Of a stretch of 64,000 nt of DNA, positions 59,557-64,000 are shown piece by piece. Position 1 is the first letter of the stretch, and each line of letters starts with the position of its first letter. Origin of the DNA: Kofleriaceae bacterium (GTDB taxonomy: Bacteria; Myxococcota_A; Polyangia; Haliangiales; Haliangiaceae); NCBI GenBank assembly GCA_965215005.1, contig CBDCCZ010000018.1, positions 306,475 through 370,474 on the forward strand, written 5' to 3'. The notes beneath the pieces are model-generated. The model made no database searches and was not told where the DNA came from. It saw nothing but the letters and a program-made list of their open reading frames with translations. A program made the translations under genes and the position numbers.

Positions 59557-60757
59557 CGACCGTGCTAAACAGGCCGCGTGCGCCTGCCGATCGCTTCGAC
59601 CCAGCCCATCCGCCGCCACGACGTCACGGCCGCCGAGTGGAATGATTGGCGCTGGCAGCTTCGCAACATGCTCACCTCCGCGGCGGATTTCGACGCCGTC
59701 ATCGAGCTGACCGCCCAGTGAGCGCCACGGCTTGGCTGGCATCGGCCGAGATGTTCCGCATAGGCGCCACGCCCTACTACGCCAGCTTGATGGATCCCGT
59801 GCACGCGAGCTGCCCGATTCGCATGCAGTCACTTCCCTCGGTTCGCGAGATGGAGTTTCATCCCGACGAGCTGCGCGATCCGCTCGGCGAAGAGTCGCAC
59901 AACCCGGTTCCTGCCGTGGGTGCACAAGTACCCGGACCGCGTGCTGCTGCTGGCGATCGATCGGTGCGCGATTTACTGCCGACACTGCAACCGGCGCCGC
60001 TTGGTCGGCGGTGATACCCCACCCACCAAAGCGCAAATCGAAGAAGGGCTCGAGTACATCGCCCGCACCCGCCGCATCCGCGATGTGCTCATCAGCGGTG
60101 GCGATCCGCTGCTGTTGCCAACGCCGCGCCTTGATTATTTACTCGGTCGGCTGCGCGCCATCGACCACGTCGAAATCATCCGCATTGGTACCCCGCGTGC
60201 CGGTGGTCAATCCCATGCGCATCGACCTCGAGCTCACGAGCGCGCTGCGCAAGCACCACCCGCTCTTCATCAATACGCACTTCAAACCATCCCAAAGAGA
60301 TCACCGCCGAGTCTCGCATGGCGTGTGAGCGGCTTGGTCGATGCGGGCATTCCAGTGGGCAATCAAGCGGTGTTGCTCCGCGGCGTCAATTCCTCGGTTC
60401 GCACGCTGCGCTCTCTCATGCGCGCGCTGCTGCGGAATGCGCGTCAAGCCATACTACTTATTCCAAGGTGACACCGTGCTCGGCACGGATCACTTGCGAA
60501 CCCTCTGTCGATACTGCCATTGACCTCATGCGCGGCATGCGTGGCTGGATGAGCGGCATGGCAATTCCGCATATGGTGATCGATGCACCAGGCGGCGGCG
60601 GCAAGATCCCCATCGGCCCCGACTACGTCGTCGCGCGCAACGCCACCCACGCAACTCTCTCCACCTACCGCGGCGGCACCGTTGAGTATCCCGAGCCGCG
60701 CCGAGCGCGACCCCCTCGTCGCCTACGATGCAGTGTACTTTGCCGGGGAGGCCGAGG

Positions 60758-61939
<1,182 letters not shown>

Positions 61940-62289
61940 CGTGCGCGATCACCGCGTCGAGCTGCGCCGCGCTGAGCACCCCGCCGAACGCCGGCATGAC
62001 CTTGCTCTTCGATCCGTGCATCACCACGGCCCGAACTTGCGCCGCCGACAGCGTGGGTGCTCGTGAGGTCTTTGGACCCCAAGACTCGCTCGCATTGCTG
62101 GCAGCGGCGCGCCGCCCTTGCCATGACACCGAGCGCACGTTTGGGGCGTATACCGCCGCGCCGCTCACGGGGTCCGTCAGCAGCCGGCGAGCTGCAACCG
62201 AGCATGCAGAGCAGAATCACGCAACGGAAAACGCCTCATACTCGCTTCTGTACCACTGCCGCCGAGGCAAGCGCAGGTATAGTCCCGCG

Positions 62290-63230
62290 ATGCGACGACT
62301 CGGAGCCGCACCGGTCACCGCCACGCTACTCAGCGCTCTAGCTCTGGCTGCCTGCAGCAAGGCTGCCATTCATGATGGCTACGCCGCGCGCGAGAAACCT
62401 TGGAGCAAGGCGCAGGTCCTGGAGCTCGATGAATTTCGCGAAGCCGAAGCCGACGATGAGGTTTCGTTTGCACGACGCCAGCGGTCCCCGTTGGTACGCG
62501 GTGACGCTACCGAGCGACGGGGCGCTCGCGGTGCAACTCAGCTATGCGTCGCTACAACCGCGCGACGATGAATTTGATTTGGCGATGGAGGTCTTCGATC
62601 CGTCGTACAACCTGCTGGCGCGGGCGGATCAGGACGAGGCACGACGCGGGCGACCCCAAGAAGCAGCGAACCGTCGCAGGGCTCGAGCCGGGGACATATC
62701 GCATCCACGTCTATGCGCAGAGAGCGGGTAGACGCGGCCGAGTTTCAATTTGCGAGTGAGTTACCGACCACAGGCGCGGGGCGATCACGTCGAACTTCCC
62801 CGCCGAGGTGCCATTCTTGCCGCCGCTGCCGCTCGTTCCCGCATTCGACGATGCGCCGCGCGCGGCACCTCGAGGCTGCCGCGGCGCGCGCGCTGCGGCA
62901 AGCCGCGGCCCGCTCCGCCCGCCAAGCCCGCCGCGGCTCCCGCGGGTGCGCCTGAAGGCGTCGATCGGCGTCAGCGGTCGGGTGATCGATCTGGTCACCG
63001 TCGAGGGCGGACTGCGCATCACCATCAATCGCGGCGTGAGCCACGGGGGTTGGCGAAGGATGGGACGGGTGCCATCATCGACCGCGAAGGAACGGCGATT
63101 CCCCAATGGCGCCTTCACGGTCATCGAGGTTGGCGCGGAGGACGTGTGAAGCGGTCGTGACCGCCTCGAGGACGGCCATCGTCACGGCGCGGCACGCGGT
63201 TCTTCGGCGGCCCGCCTTTGAAGCCTGTCT
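62290..63230 (+). CDS. Hypothetical lipoprotein with PPC-like beta domain, multiple indels
   Basis: LALAAC lipobox; DLAMEVFDP, LEPGTYRIHVYA. End uncertain. Confidence 0.5.
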
Positions 63231-63302
63231 CTTTCGGCTTCCGGAATCTGCCACCACCGCCCCCTTGCGCCGCCCACACCCGTTAGGCAATAGATCGACC
63301 TC

Positions 63303-64000
63303 ATGTCGGGGAAATTGCCAGGGAGTCGGCCGACATTCGTGCTGCTCGCGCTCGTGCTCCTATGCGGCGGCTGCGCGCGCACCGTCGACCAAGACGCCAA
63401 GTCCGGGAAAGACTATCGACTACAAAGGCGCCAAGCCGCTCGAGCTCGAGGATGGTGAGAAGCGCGCGCCAAAGACATCGTCACCTATCCCGGCGGCGAT
63501 CGCGTCGACTGGAAGCGCATCGAGCTGCCCGAAGGCAGTCGCGGCCAGCTGCATGCTCAAGGTCAAGTGGCGACCGCCGCGGCCCGGACTGGGACCTGGC
63601 GTTCAACGTCTACGACGGCTATTGTCGAGCGCGGTTGCCGAAGCCGCGCCCGCGCCCGGCGATGGCAAGCGCTCGAAATCGGTGCGCTGTGAACGACCGC
63701 CGCCGGCACCTACTACGTACAGATCTATGCACCCGAGCGGGGCGATGCGGCGCGCTACACCATCATGGCTCGCTTCAAAGAGCGAGCGCCGGTTGCGGCG
63801 ATCGAACCCGCCGACGTTGCGACCACCATCGCCGACCCGCCAACGCTGCCGGCGGTGCCAGAGGCCAAAGCCCCCGAAGAGCCTCCAGCGGTCGCTGCGC
63901 CGGTGGCCGCCCCCGAGCCACCTGCCACCGCCGCCCCGGAGCCCGCTCCCGAACCTGCGCCCGTGGTGGTTTCCGCGCTGAAGGCGCGCAATCAGACGAC
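63303..64000 (+). CDS. Hypothetical lipoprotein with PPC-like domain (partial), similar to the previous gene
   Basis: LLCGGC lipobox; YPGGDRVDWK, DLAFNVYD, GTYYVQIYAP reconstructed across frames. Confidence 0.5.

Overview
GC-rich bacterial chromosome segment of mostly core genes. Gene content (GltJ/AgmX-like ZnR-GYF-TonB_C protein, DUF1552/DUF1592 pair, Ser/Thr kinase, mevalonate pathway) suggests Myxococcota; this is an inference. In order: hrcA-hemW; cysteine desulfurase-thiI; a serine hydrolase; a signalling run (solute-binding protein, histidine kinase, REC-GGDEF, gpsA, HDAC, kinase, lipoprotein, threonine dehydratase); a TPAT-type TRAP transporter upstream of ubiA and a mevalonate-hpnC cluster; rarA, PilZ, dacB, rubrerythrin/DUF3501, apbC, ribA, def, folB; a full ISC Fe-S operon; an RNase Y-like gene, moeB/Z, erpA; then nth, NUDIX, kamA-like, queG and two lipoproteins. 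Best candidate for an undescribed system: the isc operon is headed by a MerR-family regulator with a CxxC-x8-CxxC tail rather than IscR/Rrf2. Its promoter and the erpA promoter share TTGACA-N17-CATAGT followed by a near-identical palindromic operator (CAACCCTTAC[G/C]TGCACGT), implying a MerR-controlled Fe-S regulon. Other observations: a candidate 6S-like ncRNA, a REP-like hairpin family, and a diverged duplication that preserves iscS-thiI coupling through a 45-codon bridge ORF. Single-base insertions become dense from about 48 kb onward and look like sequencing errors, not pseudogenes. No rRNA, tRNA, CRISPR array or transposase was recognised.
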